In this document: one piece after another, positions 63,037-64,000 of the stretch
Layout of the letters: the number at the start of each line of letters is the position of its first letter
Position numbering within the stretch: position 1 is the stretch's first letter
NCBI GenBank assembly: GCA_965655095.1
Contig: OZ296649.1
Coordinates: 64,294,001 to 64,358,000 of the forward strand
From: Haplodiscus bocki
Taxonomy: Eukaryota
DNA: 64,000 bases
Reading direction: 5' to 3'
The notes under the pieces: model-generated
The model's database searches: none
What the model saw: the letters and a program-made list of their open reading frames with translations, nothing else
Told to the model about the DNA's origin: nothing
Program-made: the position numbers and the translations under genes

Positions 63037-63863
63037 GGGGGCAGGACAAAACAGCCGATTTTAAATGTGGCAAAACCCGCCGATTTTGTTAAAAGAACAG
63101 TCATCAAAATTGTTTCGCTGATGAAAGCGTCTTGGCCTCTTTATCGATAATTAGCAATTATGTTACTAATGGAAACTGCGACACCAGTAATGCAATTTCC
63201 TTCAATTTTTGCGGCTTATAAATTTTTGAAAATGCCAACACTAAAGATTTTATGAAAACCCTCGCTTCCATTTAAGCTAAATTTGTAGTACCCATCCCTA
63301 TCTTTTGTGTACCGAACTCTTCTGAACAAGTAAAAGTTCTGAAAAAACTAAACCGCCATTGCCAAAATTTTCAGAAATGGTCTTTTCGGATATTTTCGGT
63401 TCATGCAATTGGGTATCAAGAATAATCAGTAAATTATATGGCGCAAAAATTAAAATAGGCTGTTTTTTGTTGTAGTTTTAAGTTTAATTGACATTTCATT
63501 GGGTGACAGAAAATTTAGTTTTGCAGATATTGGCATTATCAATTTCCACAATTTTGTGTTCGTGACCGACCAGAATTTTAACCTTGGCTTTTTACAAAAT
63601 TCAAATTTTGGTCAAACATTTTTTGACTTGGGTATTTTGGGCTTGGTTATTTTGGGTTTTGTATTTTGGATTAGAACCATTTCATTAGTATATTGGCAAT
63701 TCAATTGCTAATTATCCGTAATTAGGCCAAGACGCTTTTATATGGAACAACTTTTATCTTAGCAAAGATTACCGATCTGTATTGTTACAAATCGGCGGTT
63801 TTGTCCCACTTTAAAATCGGCGGTTTTGTCTCAGTCTAAAATCGGCGGTTTTGTCTCGCGTCC
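63037..63863. mobile_element. Mutator(MULE)-like MITE
   Basis: 9-bp TSD CACAAACTT (63028-63036, 63864-63872). TIRs are built from GACAAAACCGCCGATTT repeats. Confidence 0.8.
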
Positions 63864-64000
63864 CACAAACTTTAGTTCGCTTAAAAATCTGTACACTAGT
63901 TCATTTAAACAACGGTAATAGCTAATTGTTTAACGAAAATTGTCAATTATAAGAAGAAACTTACAATTTTATGTTTATTGACGATAGCTTGTAATGATGG

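Overview
AT-rich eukaryotic (probably invertebrate) scaffold made up almost entirely of transposable elements, with one 200-N gap (46911-47110). The main feature is a complete but pseudogenised 18.5-kb Maverick/Polinton (polintovirus/adintovirus-like endogenous virus) at 13255-31721. It has AGTAGT...ACTACT termini, ~1.05-kb TIRs and a degenerate 6-bp TSD. Its minus-strand block encodes an adenain-like protease, major capsid, a QRGRG small basic protein, minor capsid, integrase, a packaging ATPase and ~6 kb of uncharacterised cargo. The cargo includes two putative double-PC4-like genes, two small hydrophobic ORFs and a 31-bp array. A divergent plus-strand protein-primed PolB carries N-terminal C2H2 zinc fingers and a VSR-like nuclease insert. 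Other elements: a decayed BEL/Pao LTR retrotransposon whose two LTRs are each followed by the same ~1.8 kb, a CR1/L2-type LINE, an intact intron-containing CGGBP1-like hAT transposon with a perfect TSD, pogo/Gypsy/LINE remnants, several MITEs, two large inverted-repeat structures and dimeric tRNA-like repeats. Only one or two candidate host exons were seen. Domain calls come from motif reading by eye, and pseudogene boundaries are approximate.
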